Shown piece after piece: positions 37,715 to 51,400 of a stretch of 64,000 nucleotides of DNA; position 1 is the stretch's first letter; each line of letters opens with the position of its first letter. Origin of the DNA: Cycas panzhihuaensis (taxonomy: Eukaryota; Plantae; Cycadophyta); contig CM041465.1 in assembly GCA_023213395.1 (NCBI GenBank), forward strand, positions 252,037,741 to 252,101,740, written 5' to 3'. The notes under the pieces were generated by a model that worked only from the letters and a program-made list of their open reading frames with translations, ran no database searches and was not told the origin of the DNA. Position numbers and translations under genes: made by a program.

Positions 37715-40700
37715 TGTAACATTCCAAAATCTAGTCAAAACTATGCCATGTAACCATTCAAATTGAAGGCCTCTGAATAAGGATTCCAACGGTTCAAACG
37801 AAAGTCAATTCCGACATCTCAATCAAAAGTTATGGACATTTAAAGTTAGCCTGCCAGTTTTTGGAGAAGTTATGGCCGACTTCTATCTGAGCTGTTTTAA
37901 GAAGAATATTACCCAGTCTGGCCGACTTCTAATTAAAGTATTTTGATCGCAATAAATAGGAAGTTTGTGCCGCATCTCAAACCATCGTCGGAGGTTCTTT
38001 GGTCGCACATTTTTGGTTCTAGGGCTGCAATTAGCTCGCCCATTTGGGGGTTGCAGTTTGGAGGGGTCCTCGCCTCGAAGAGGGAAGCTCGCTTCTTCAG
38101 CAAAGACTAGTATATTGTTGTAATTTCGCTCTATTTTGGTATTATTTGACAATAAAGATTATTATTTACTTCTGTGGATTCAGTAATTCCTGTTCTTTGT
38201 TCATTTTCTTGTTGAATAATATCTAGTTATTGTGTTTTTTGGATTATTACCTGTATTTTTGAGAAAAATTGTTATAAAAGAAGAACTAGATCGCTACAAG
38301 TGGTATCAGAGCTTCGTTTCAAGGGAAAAGCGCAGAGGTAAAAGCTCAGAAAGGTCAAAATTTCCCCCCAAGGGAAGCTGAAACGGAATTGAGGTCAGGG
38401 AAAAAGCTCATTCACAAGAAGATGGCAGCCCAATCTAGAACCTCAGAGAAAAAAATTGAAGGCGCATCAGAATTAAACTAGAGCATAAGGGCTCTAACAA
38501 TCCTAATCCAGAAGTTACTAGCAAAAGCGGATCAAGCAACACAAAATGTGTCAGGTAGAGAAATGGATAACAACACTACATCAAGGATAGATCAAAAGGA
38601 TCAAGAAAATCAAGGAAATGAGACCAAGAGATTCGATGGACGAGCTTACAAAAGGAGAACTCCCAACATGGATAATGGATGGAAAGGGGCAAGATTATAG
38701 TTGGAAAAATTCGATCCAGAAGTATCCAAGAATATCACTAATTGGGTCTTACAAATGGAGAACTATTTCAAGGTCTATAACTCCACAGCTAAGGAAAAGA
38801 TGGAAATAAGATCCTTACACTTAGACGGAAGGGCGTTAAGATGGTACTATTGGTGGAAAAAGATGAACTTACCAATGCAACAGACCTGGGAGAATCTAAG
38901 AGCAGGATTAGTAAAGCAATATGACGATTCTTGGAATACAGATTACTTTGCTCAGTTAACACAATTACATCAAGAAGGAACAATCCAAGAGTACACAGAA
39001 CAGTTCCAAACGCTACAATGTATGGTCTTAGAAAAGATACTGCAGGAATGCTTACTAGAGACTTATATTAATGGATTGAAAAATCAGATCAAATTTAGAG
39101 TTAAAGCAGCAGATCCACCATGACTCCAAGTAGCAATTCAAATAGCAAGGAATGTGGAGGCAGAACTTAGAGATAGCAGACCAACATATACAAGGAAATA
39201 TGGGCCACCAGCATATCAAACTCAGAATCCTAATGGGGCCAGATCGAGAACAAAAGCGAACCCCCCATTAGCTATAAGAAATACAATAGAAAACTCAAGA
39301 ACAACAAAAGAGGAGCACATAAGGAAAGGGACGTGCTTCAAATGTTGAGGGAAATGGAATAAGGAACACTGGTGCCTAGCAAAGAAGGTTTTCATGATCA
39401 ATAACAACGATGCAGAAATACCAAAAGTAGCACAGGAAGAAGTAGAAGACCAGAGCGTAGGAAGGGAGGAAGATGAACTTCTGGAAGTGGATACAGGGAA
39501 TGTCCAAATATCCTTGCAGGCCATTACAGGGCAACAAGTATCCCCGCAAACCCTAAGATTCCAAGGACAAATCAAGGGGAGACCAGTATCAATCTTGGTA
39601 GATAGTGGGTGTACACAATTTTATAAACAAGGCATCGGCAGAAAAACTAGGATTACAAGTGGAACCCCTCAACACATTCCAGGTGTCAATAGCAAATCGG
39701 AGAACAACGTTGTGTGGAGGAAACTGCAAGGACACAACTCTCCAGATCAACGATTACAAGGTCACAACTTGTATGTTTGCCATGCCCACAGGCGGAGTAG
39801 ACGTAGTTCTGGGAATTCAATGGCTACAAACGTTGGGGAACATAGTTACCAATTATATGACAAGATTTATGTGTTTCCGACAAAAAAGATGCAAATATCG
39901 ACTGCAAGCCCCATCCACACCGCCAGTTCAACTCATATCATCTCACAAAATGGAACAGATTCTAAAGAAGAATCCACAAGCGTACATAATGTCATGTTAC
40001 AAAGTAGAAATAAAAAACATTCCTCCAAAGATTCAGGAAATCTTAGAAGAACATCAAGGAGTTTTTGAAGAACCCCAAGCACTACCACCGAAAAGGGAAT
40101 TGGAACATGCAATAGATCAGTTAAAATTGCCACTAGAAAGCAAAATCCGCAATATCCTCCACGTGTCTTGTTTAAAGAAAATGTTGGGCGAAAAGGAGGC
40201 TCCACAAACGAATTTACCAACACTGGATGAAGAAGGAATGATGATAGTGGAACCTAAGGGAATATTGAAGATTAGGGACAAGAATTTACAATCTAGGATA
40301 ATGAAAGAATATCTCATCAAATAGAAGACATTGGAGCTTAAAGATGCAACGTAGGAGTTTGAAGAATGTATGAAGAAAAAATAGGCCCTTACCAATGCTT
40401 TGAGCGCAAAGCATGTTTTGAAGGGGAGGGACTTGTAACATTCCAAAATCTAGTCAAAACTATGCCATATAACCATTCAAATTGAAGGCCTCTGAATAAG
40501 GATTCCAACGGTTCAGACGAAAGTAAATTCCGACATCTCAATCAAAAGTTATGGCCATTTAAAGTTAGCCTGCCAGTTTTTGGAGAAGTTCTGGCCGACT
40601 TCTATTTGAGCAGTTTTAAGAAGAATATTACCCAGTCTAGCCGACTTCTAATTAAAGTATTTTGATCGCTATAAATAGGAAGTTTGGGCCGCATCCCAAA

Positions 40701-41017
40701 CCATCGTCGGAGGTTCTTTGGTCGCGCATTTTCGGTTCTAGGACTGCAATTAGCTCGTCCATTTGGGGGTTGCAGTTTGGAGGGTTCCTCGCCTCGAAGA
40801 GGGAAGCTCACTTCTTCAGCAAAGACTGGATTATTGTTGTAATTTCGCTCTATTTTGGTATTATTTGACAATAAAGATTATTATTTACTTCTGTGGATTC
40901 ATAATTTCACATTCTTTGTTCATTTTCTTGTTGAATAGCATCTGGTTATTGTGTTTTTTGGATTATTACCTGTATTTTTGAGAAAAATTGCTATAAAAGA
41001 AGAACTAGATCGCTACA
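37715..41017 (+). mobile_element. Complete non-autonomous Ty3/gypsy element: Gag-protease fused to IN C-terminal/chromodomain, RT-RH-IN core absent
   Basis: 584-bp LTRs 37715-38298 and 40434-41017 (~95% identical by eye). Perfect TSD CCAAT. PBS 38301-38312. PPT 40420-40431. ORF 39605-40324 runs LPPKRELEHAID directly into QLKLP..HVSCLKK..EPKGIL..KEYLIK. Confidence 0.95.
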
Positions 41018-44000
41018 CCAATGTATCTGATTCGGTTGAGACATAAATCTAGAATAGATCCCAACAACATATGTAATATTAGATCTAATGTTAGTCTAAT
41101 AAACTAGACTACCCACTAGCTATCTAAAAAGAGTGGAATCTACAAATTTGGCTTCCTCGCCAAATGTTAGTTTTATGCCAATCTCCATAAGGGTTGGTGA
41201 AGATTTGTAGTCCTCCATTTTGAACCTTTGCAAAATGTCCCATGTACACTTGGCTTGAGATATAAAGATGCTACCTGGTTGTTGCCACACCACCATGCCA
41301 AAAAAATAATGAAGAAGTCCAAGATCAGTCATCTTGAAACTTCTATTAAGATCCCCTTGAAGACTTTTATTCATTTTTGGGTCATCCCCAGTGATAATTA
41401 AATCATTCACATGCAAAATGACAAGTGTGGCGTGCTGGTTTTGAACCTTGATGTATAGGTTCAAATCTGATGAGGATTGATGAAAGCCATGTCTCAATAA
41501 GTAATCATCAGTTTAGAACACCATGCACGTGGAGCCTACGTTAGACCATACAAGGCCTTTTCGAGGTGATATACCAAATGCTCCTTGTAATGTGCAATGT
41601 AATCGAGAGGTTGATCCAAATGTACCTCCTTAGTCAAGTCGCCATTCAAAAAAGTGCTCTTAACATCCATTTGATAAATTGGTCATTTGCATTGAGCAGC
41701 TAAGGCCACAATAATTCTGATGGTGTTCATATTTGCAACAAGTACCAATGTCTCATCATAATCAACACCTTCCTTCTATTTGAAACACTTTGTAACCAGG
41801 CAACCCTTGTGACACTCAATTGTACCATCAAATTGGAATTTGGTCTTATAGACCCATTTGCAACTAATTGCATGTTTGCCTTTTGGTAAATCAACCAAGT
41901 CACATGTTTCATTCTTTTGAATAGAATGAATTTCATCATCCATAGCAACTCACCACTTTTCATCATTGTATGCCTCCACAAAAGTGAAAGGCTCATTTGT
42001 ACTAGCACTTCAACCATAAATGCATAGTTTACATTAGTTTGTGGACGCATTTTAGATGGTCTTTTTCCTTCAACCTATTGAGAACTGACAACTGCTTGGA
42101 GATACCATTTTGGTAATTTCTCCGTCGTTGTTACAACTTCAATGTCCTATACCTATAAAGGTTGTTGAATTACAGATGTGCTAATAAAACTATGTGGAAG
42201 AGTTGTAGAATTTGAAATGGACGATGAAGATGTTGATGGTGTAGATGAAGGACTTGGGGCATATGATGTTGAGGAGCTAATAGGAGTTCAATCCTCAAGT
42301 ATAACTTTGCCTTTGTCAAGGGGAAGTTGAATGGAGCTAAGGTCTTATACAAAGACGCCATCTCCAGTCACATGCATCTTTCTAACAATGGGATCATAGA
42401 CTCTGTAGGCTTTGTTGCCAACAACATACCCAATAAAAATGCTTTTGATGTTTTTGTCATCAATTTTCCTTCATTGTTCCTATGAGATGTGAATGAAAGT
42501 TGTGCACCCAAAAGTGCATACAAGGCTAACCGTTGGTTTTTGGCCAATCCAAGCCTCCTCGAGTGTCATGTTTTGAATTGCAATATTAAAACTCTGATTG
42601 GAAAAGAAAGCAGTAATCTGATCTGCTTCTACCTAATAGGTTTAAGTAAGACCTTTAACTCACATCATGGCCTTAACTTCACTAACAAGTGTCATATTCA
42701 TACATTTTGCCACACCATTCTACTGATGTGTATGTGGAGCAGAAAATTGTCACCTAATGCCATTGTGAGTGCAATACTAGTTGAACTCCTTAGAGATATA
42801 TTCACCGCCATTGTCAAATCTGAGAACTTTGAATTACATGTATAACTCTTTCCCAACTACAAGTTTAAATTCTTTAAACTTGGTGAAGGCATTTGATTTG
42901 TGTTTTAGAAAATATGTCCACCCTTTATGTGAGAAATTATCAATAAATGTGGTGAAATAGAATGCACCTCCAAGGGATTGTGGACATGGGTCCACAAATG
43001 TCAGAATGTACCAGTTATAGCAAGCTTTGAACTCTTTTTGGAAAATGTTCCCTATGTTGTTTCCCCATCAAACAGGCTTCACAAAGGCATCTAACCATTG
43101 AATTCTTGGGTAGGCCATATACCATGTTGAATCTGAACATCAACTTAATGTTGTCTAGGTTCAAGTGACCTAGCCTCTCATGCCATAATTGATCTTTGCT
43201 TTATGAATGTGAAATCAAAGCATGAGCATTGCTAGGTGTTGCATCTAATTTGTAGAGGCCATGGTCTTCATGACCAACAGAAATAACTTTGTCTTTTTAA
43301 TTTTTGATAATACATTTCTTGTTTTTAAAAAGTATGCTCATTTGTTGTTTATCCAACTAACTAATAGAGAATAAGTTTCTAGACATGCCAAGAACTAGAA
43401 ACACATTACCTCCAGGAAATGTTTGAATAGGATTTTGATCATTTTCAATAAAAGCCACTTTGCCAACTCCTTTAATTTCCACATTAACATCATCCCCAAA
43501 AGTCATTGTCTTGCCCTTGCTTTCATGAATATCAACAAATAAATGAGCATCCCCAACTATGTGACGGAATGCACAAGAGTCAACAACCCAAGTGTTTTCA
43601 TTATGATAGTCACCAAAGGCACAAAATAGCCTTTCATTTTAATCATGCTATGATATGTGGCATTGATTGCCACCACAAAATGTACCATGTTTATTGCCAC
43701 ATAGGCCTTGACAACCTCCTCAAAAGCCACCTCGATTTGGTCCTTGTGGGGGTGGTTGATTTTGTTGCCGCATGTCATTCTACTTCCTCGTACACTTTCG
43801 TTGTATGTGACCAATCTTCTCACAATAGTGACAGGTGACTATTTTGGATTTACCACCATTAAGGTTGAGATTCCTAAATGTCTTGTGAATGTTCTGCTCA
43901 AGTACAAAGGGTTGCTTCACCTTTGACTTGGTAGGGAAGGTGCTTGATGGTCCTGGTTCTCCCATTTGAAGGTAGATCTACTCTTCCTAAAGTAAATGTC

Positions 44001-46280
44001 CCTCCAACTCATTGAAAGTCATGGTGGACAACCTATTGTTATAGAAGAGATTAGAGATGAACCCATTGTAGTCTTTTAAAAAACTATGGATTGTTGTTGT
44101 GACCAGATCTTCATCAAATCCTAGTTTACAAAGTGAAGCTAATTGATTGTGATTTGTTTTAACAAAAGTCAAATTTGCAACCATAGGTTCTGCATATGGC
44201 AAACCAAATAACTTACATTTTAGCATTACAATCCGTGCATCATCTCTCCTTTCATACACCAAAGCAATAATTTCCCAAGCTTCCTATGAATAAGTAGCAG
44301 ATTCAATATTTTGATCAACATTTTCATTTACAGATAAATGTAAAAATGTTAGTGCAACCTCATCTCTAACATTAAAAGTTGCAAGTGCAATAGGATTAGC
44401 ATGAATAGTATTGTTAAGACCCATTGGATTTGTTGTTGGTGTCGGTTTGTCAATGGTGTCGTTAACGTAACCCCATAGTACATTCATTATCATGAGGTTT
44501 TTGACTTGCTTTTCTCACAAGGAAAAGTTTTCATTCCGAATGAGTTTTAGTGTTTACATTTCGCATTGAGAAAATCATTTTAAAAGTTAAGTATTGTAAC
44601 TAAAGTGAACTTGGAGACTTTCAAGTTACCCTGCTTAAGTTCCACCTTAAAATACAATATCAGCATTGATTTATAAAGAGATCCAACAATTGAAGATTGA
44701 GAAAACAAAGTGGAGGGTTTCATTTTAGGTCATCCAATCTTGATCTATGAAAAGATCTAATAGTTTGGCCAAGTGTCAAATTAGTACAAATTGAGGTAAG
44801 ATTGATCTACATAGCGTACTATGCTTTCCCCAATGTTCACAGCACTGATAACACCTTTTACGAACCTCCCAACTTAAGTGAGTTTTTAAAAATTTAGTGA
44901 GACCAGATTGATCTGCATGGTCGTACCATGCTTTCCCCAGTGTCCACAGCATTGATAACACTTATTTTAAGCCTCCCAACTTAAGTGAAATTTGATGTTT
45001 TTAATCGTTTGAATGATTAAATGAAGGTTGAAATTTTTCCAATTTAACAAGTGTATGCTAAAAATATGTCCACAATGGCAAAATATTGCTAACTTTGCCT
45101 AAACAATCAATGCTTCAAACTAAAATGTTGTGCTTTGGGGTTTCCTTAGTGCAAAAAAATAATTTAAAGCACTTTGACCCCATTTTTTAAGATGCTAAAC
45201 ACATGAGAAAAGACACCTATGATCAATAAGTGATCCCCCCACAAACCAAAAAACTTGATTTTATTAATGTAGTCATTGGCCTTTTGGCTACTTTCCTTTT
45301 TTATGCTTGTTTTTAGGACACCACGCAGGGAGCCTAATGATGAAAAAAATGAAAAAAGAAAAAATCACTTAAGGAGTAAAGAGCATAAAAAATTTGTGTT
45401 TTGATCACTAATGTACATGCAATTTATTTTTAATCTAAATGTGTGATTTCCACACTAAAGAAAAGTGTTTAGAGTTGTTTTTGTGTTAAAACACAACATA
45501 AAAAAAGTGATTTTTTTTAATTTTATGAGGGTCTCAAAAAGTAACTTTGGAATTTTCCAAAGTGTATATCCTAAGAACAAAGATCTTAGGTCACAAAGAA
45601 AAATCCAGGCTTGTTTTCCTTTGGCGATCAACAATTGCAAATCACAAATCGTCGGAATTTTTTTTGGATGGGATCAAATGTACATCGACAAGTAGAAATG
45701 ATATGCCACGGCATGGTGAGCAATGAATCACGAGCCACAAGATAACACAGTCGATAAGTAGCGATCCTGTGTCAATGATAGGCACCATGGGGGTTGGCAC
45801 AACATACAGAACAGAGCTCACATGGACATAGCACCCTCACAAGACAACTAACAAGAGTGATACACCACCAACACCCTCACGAAGCTTGTGGGACAACTTG
45901 GAGGAGTGATATGCCATAGAGAACTATGAGCAACAATAACAGAAATGTCACAACAGAGAGTCTTGAGCCATGGGAACAAAAGAGCTCCCATGAATAGTAA
46001 CCCTTAAATAGAGAAATCCACAATAATGAAGGATGTAAGACTAGCAATCCCTACAGTCCACATGAGGGTAGACCATAGGAGGAGTAGGAGAAAATGAGCT
46101 ATGGAGAAGCAAAGGGACTGCTCACTATCCAAAAATCTCCCTTTTTCTTCTTCACAGCCCAATAATCTCTTAGAAGCTACAGCCTAACAAACTAATCACA
46201 AGATTGTCACCCAGCTAACCATACAACCCTAAAATAGAGCCACAAAACAAGTGTTTTTTTTTTTAATAAAATATTATGTA

Positions 46281-46304
46281 TGTGTGTGTGTGTGTGTGTG
46301 TGTG
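46281..46304. repeat. (TG)12 microsatellite in the copia leader
   Basis: Direct reading. Confidence 0.95.
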
Positions 46305-47008
46305 ACCTCTAATAAACATGAGATTAGTCCCATAACAAAGATGTGTTCATAAAAATTGAGATTTGCTCCAACAATTGAAATAAACAAACATTAAAAAATT
46401 TCAAAAAAATAATTTTTGAAACTAGTAACAAAATACCAAATGAGAAAAAATCCCTCCTTTAAATTACCTTCATTTGGTGAAGCTTATCACCAAAGAGGAG
46501 TAAGCATATCTCCTTTTACAAAGTCCAACTCTTAGCTCTGATACCAAATAAGAAAATGAAAATCTGATTGAGAAAAAGGAGGAAAAGAGAGACGAGTAAT
46601 GATACAAAGACAAATAACACATTTACACATTAAGCACACTAAAATGGAGGAGGTAGAATTGTTCTACACTCTAATAATATCCACTATTGAATCAACAACA
46701 TAACAATACACTCATCTCCCATAATATCCATACAGGAGAGAATGGTATCATTATATAGATGAGAGAGCTCCCCTTTAGGGTCTTTGCACGTTGGACAAGT
46801 ATCGAACATGTATGGACAGCTATGTACTTACATTAACCACTCAAAGACGGGGAAAAGGGTTTTTGATACTTGAGACTTTACATCATTTAAGTCTTTGATC
46901 CCTACTACAACATAACTTTACATCACTAAAAAAAGTGCATATCTCACATTTAGTTTAAAGTGCACAATAGTAACACGTGACTTAAAGATGAAACATTAGG
47001 TTCTAACA

Positions 47009-48110
47009 TGTCCTGCCTTCTGGATGGTTCCTAGGGCTTATGATGCTAGTAGTGTCATGATGTTGCCACTGAAATTTCCTTCACCTCTTCTTGCTTCCAT
47101 AAATGGGAAATTGACTTGGAAGTCTGCCTCCACATTTCAGGTTTGCAACATTGCTTGTCTAAGATAAAGCATCATTAGGGACTTTAACCTAAAATGAATG
47201 TTTTCCTTAAGGTCACCAAGATATGTCTCCAACAAGAAATTTTCTTCTATTCATTTTGGCAACATGTTCTATAAATTCTAAAATTCTCCTATATATTGTT
47301 ATCCCATGCCTATATATTAGAATTTGCACATCCTTAAATAGAAATCTTGATTCCACATCTCCTCGTACTGTTCAAAAATTACTTGTGTGAAAAAAATCCA
47401 ATTGAAGTTGGTTGAATTCTTGTAATCTGTATGCCACCACTTAAACCAATGGAGTGCTCTATTGCTCAAGTGTAGGGAGTCAAAGAGAAACTTATCCCTT
47501 TTGAAGCTAGGATGAATGTCAAAGTAAATTTCCATTTTGATCAAGCATGCCCATATATCTTGGTTCTTGTCCAGATCAAAAGACTCCAAGTGGAATTTCA
47601 TGTTCTTATTTGTTGGGCCTCCTATATTTCAAGGGACCCCTTCGACAAGTCTTTCTTTGCCAAGTCTTCTTCTCATTGATCCTTTGATGTCTGCCTCATC
47701 CTTAGGTCATTTCCCTTGCTCCAAGAATTCTTTTAGTGTTTGACAGTGCACCTTCATGTCAACTACCATCAGATTGATCATGTTTTGTAATGTCTTGATA
47801 TCATGTGTTGTTTGCTAGAGTTCTATGACTTGCCTTGTAACATCCTCCAAATCTTCACACAATTTCTATACCATGTTTTTTGTTATGCAGCAAATTGGAT
47901 CAAATTGATGTTAGCTTCTACGAGCTAAACGCTAAACAAAGCTCCAATATTACTTATTTTGCAATTATTTAGTTATTTGCCAAATAATAATAATAATAAT
48001 GTTGATTTCTAACCTATCGTGTCCTTTGTAAGTGGGTATTTGCAAAAGATTCCTCCAAAATGCTCTTCCCTCCAAAATGAATTTGAGTGAGAATATTCTC
48101 TAAGGTAATA
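47009..48110 (-). mobile_element. Decayed gypsy gag fragment
   Basis: ORF 47317-47601 (MEIYFDIH..LHLSNRALHWFKWW), same gag class as 38701-39123; outer end approximate. Confidence 0.65.
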
Positions 48111-48498
48111 TACCAAGCTTTTTATTTTTTAATATATTTGTAACCATACAAATTTGAATAAACTTTGGCTTCATAGGCCTATAAACATTCCTATGGCATT
48201 TTTTTTTTTTTTTCTCTAAAACCTCTATCTTCATTCAATGAGTGAGATGCCTTCACATTACTGCTCAAAGGCTATGGTGCTTTCGTAGCATCACCAAAGG
48301 GTAGGTTTTAAGCTTATAGAGTCTTTCCCCCTTTCTGTATGATGGTTTCATCCTCCACAATGCAATGTGTCCTCCACAACCCAACAAAACCTCCCAGGAT
48401 GATGGTGTTTTGAGATAGATTGACCCCATGGCGATGTTGCAACCCTTACATGATCCCCACAACACAATCCACAAATGGCAGACTTCCTCAAACTAAAC

Positions 48499-51400
48499 TG
48501 ATGAGTATAGTCCTAGTCTTATTTTCTAAGTAACATTGTAGAAAGGTACTTAGCGTACCCAATTATACACAACAATGTAAAAGTTACTTAGGGGACCTAA
48601 TTATTAATTAGGTACACAGGTGACACATGTTCCACATACAATCTAACTTGAGTTTGTATAAAGATGTACAATTTCCAAAGGAATGAATGAAGAAAATAAA
48701 GTGAAGACATTCTTTCATACCCTCTCCTCTGGCTTTATTTAGGCCTTGTCTTTTCTTGAGAATACTCTAAGGCCTGAAGAATCTTTTGTTCCTATGTACA
48801 TTTTGTGCCTAAAGCAAGGAGGGCTGAGCAAAAAACCATATCAATTGGTATCAGAGCCTAGTCAGTCTTTAGGAAGAAGACCTAGAAAATTTATTTCAGA
48901 CATTGCAGAGGTGTACGGTCAGTCGCATGGACGGAAACGAAAGTGCTCAGAATTCAAAGAATTTTCACTAGAAGAAGCGCAATGACACAAACAACAAACT
49001 TTTCCAAATGGTCGAAGTCAGAATCTCATCCAAAACTGAGGAAATGACAGAAAAACATAGGGCACGGGTGCAAGGCTTCAACTACTGATTTCTTCCAAAA
49101 AAACTTAGGCAAATCTCTTCAAACTGCTCTTAAAATCTTCCTTATGAGTAGATCTATCTTTCAAGTATAGACTCATTGTATTAAATTTGGTATTTTTTTT
49201 AAAAGAGCAAAAATTTCTATAAAACCCTAGTCGCAGAAATCACTTTAGCAGTAAATATCTCTCCTGAGAAGAAGCCAATTCAAAAACAAACTGCAGATCT
49301 TGAAAGACGTCTCAAATATCTTTCATTTAAGACACGCTTCATTTTCTTATCGTACATTTCCGTACGATCGTACAGCCGCACGGATCCATACTTTAAGGCA
49401 AAATTTTGCATTTCTCCAATTCTTTATGAACCTTATACATTCATATATATATTTCTACATATATAAGTAAATATTTATGTTAAAAAAAAAGCCAAAAGCC
49501 CTCTTCACAGGCAGGCACAATTTCTTCTTGGGCATATTGCCATAAGCCCTCTTCGCAAGCAAGCGTACCCCATTCACACTTCTTCTTTTGCATTAGGCAC
49601 ACTACCATAAGCCTTTTTTTCACAGGTAGGTGTACCCCATACAAATTTACTTTTACAATTGTTCGAGCATATTGTTGTAAGCCCTTCCCAAAGGCAAGTG
49701 TACCCCACATACAATCATGTCTCCTGATCAAGAAAATCAATCACATCCTGAGGTCACTGAACTCTTAACACGAACCTCAAGAACAGCATCAGGATGTTCA
49801 AACTTTGGTCTCTAGCATGATGACGATGTTTCAACAAATATTGCATCGGCAAAATGTTCCAACAGCAGTTTCGATTCAATCAACTCCATTCAAATTGGAT
49901 GCTAAAATCAATATCCCACTTTTTGAAGGTACAATGAATGTAGACAAATTAGATGCGTGGCTTCGAAATCTAGAAGCCTATTTCAAAACATAGCAACTTA
50001 CGGAGGCACAAAAAATAATGGTTGTTGAAGTGCACATGGCAAAACAGGCACTAACATGGTGTCAATTATACTCCCATGATAAACCATTTATTTCATGGGC
50101 AAAATTTAAAAATGTTATTCGCAGTCGATTCTATCCCTTGGGATACATCAATGGACTCATTACACGTTGGATTCATCTCCAACAAGTTGTGAGCCAAACA
50201 ATTCAGCAATACATTGATGAGTTCATCAAACTTTGTATACGGTTAGAAGTTTCTGAACCTGACCACATTCTCAAGTTGAAATTTATTGAAGAACTCTTTT
50301 CATCTTTGCAACGTGAAATGGATCTTCTCCAAGTTCCTACACTTGAGGTAGTTTATCAATTTGCTCTCAAAACTTAAAATAAGCTACAACAAAGACCACG
50401 GCCACCTCTAGCATCTGCATCTACATCTAGGGCATTTAATGTGCCACAGACAAGTAATACGAGAAAATATTGTTCTTTTCACAAGAGTCAAGGCCATACA
50501 AATGTTGAATGTCAAGCACAACAAAAACCTCATACCTTGGTCACTGAACACCAAGCTCTGGCAAAATCCATGGACATCATAGAGGTACCTAATCTACAGG
50601 TCCTAGATGCTCATCTTGTGTTAATGACTAATGAATATTCTGCTTCTCAACAATAGAAACTTTTCACGCAAAATTGCCAAATTAAGGACCACTTAGCTCT
50701 CTGTGTCATTGATAATGGAAGCATGAAAAACTTGATTTCTCAATCGATAGTGGATTCTTTACAATTGATGACCAAGCCACAACCTAAGCCTTATACTCTT
50801 GGGTGGGTGAAAGTCAATGGACATACAACGGTGGTCGATAAAATGTGCATTGTTACTTTCGCTATTCCACCATTTCTGGATATTGTTGATTGTGATGCAA
50901 CTCCTATGGACTGTAGCGACATTCTCTTGGGATGACCTTATCAACATGATCAACGAGCATTATATGATAGGTATCACAATACCTATACACTACATAAGAA
51001 TGGAAAGATGAATAAACTAACTTCTGTAGATAATGCTTCTCCATCCTTGGCCAACATCACAGGAAATCCTGCAATCAAACTTGCCAACACCTCCAAGCAA
51101 ATGGCGCTTTGTGTAATTCGTCAAGCAGAAAAAGAAACTTGTACTAAGATGCCTCCTAAAGCAATAAAATCTCTTTTAGATGTGTACTCTGATGTTTTTG
51201 CAGAGCCTAAGGAATTACCTCCCATACGTGCTGTGCAACATTCTATTAATCTTATTCCTGGTTCTCCACTTCCCAATTAGGATCCTTATCACACGACTTC
51301 GCTCACTCGTGCTGAGTTGGAAAGACAACTGACACAGTTGATTGATGAATGTAAAATTCAACCTCGTTGTTCTCCTTGTTCACCTGGAATTCTCATTCCG

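Larger units (their letters stand above)
37560..47008 (-). mobile_element. 3'-truncated Ty1/copia element (5' LTR 46549-47008, PBS 46535-46546), related to 13429-21128, interrupted by gypsy 37715-41017
   Basis: Gag ORFs 44284-44493 and 43987-44262 (YERRDDARIVMLK). IN ~43000-42350. RT 41120-41497. RT/RH continues at 37714-37560. PBS TGGTATCAGAGC. Shared leader motifs. Confidence 0.9.

Noticed and set aside
48498-48530. CTGATGAG, a possible hammerhead ribozyme core at the LTR start
   Set aside because: The C comes from the TSD and is absent from the 3' LTR; no stem II or GAAA core follows
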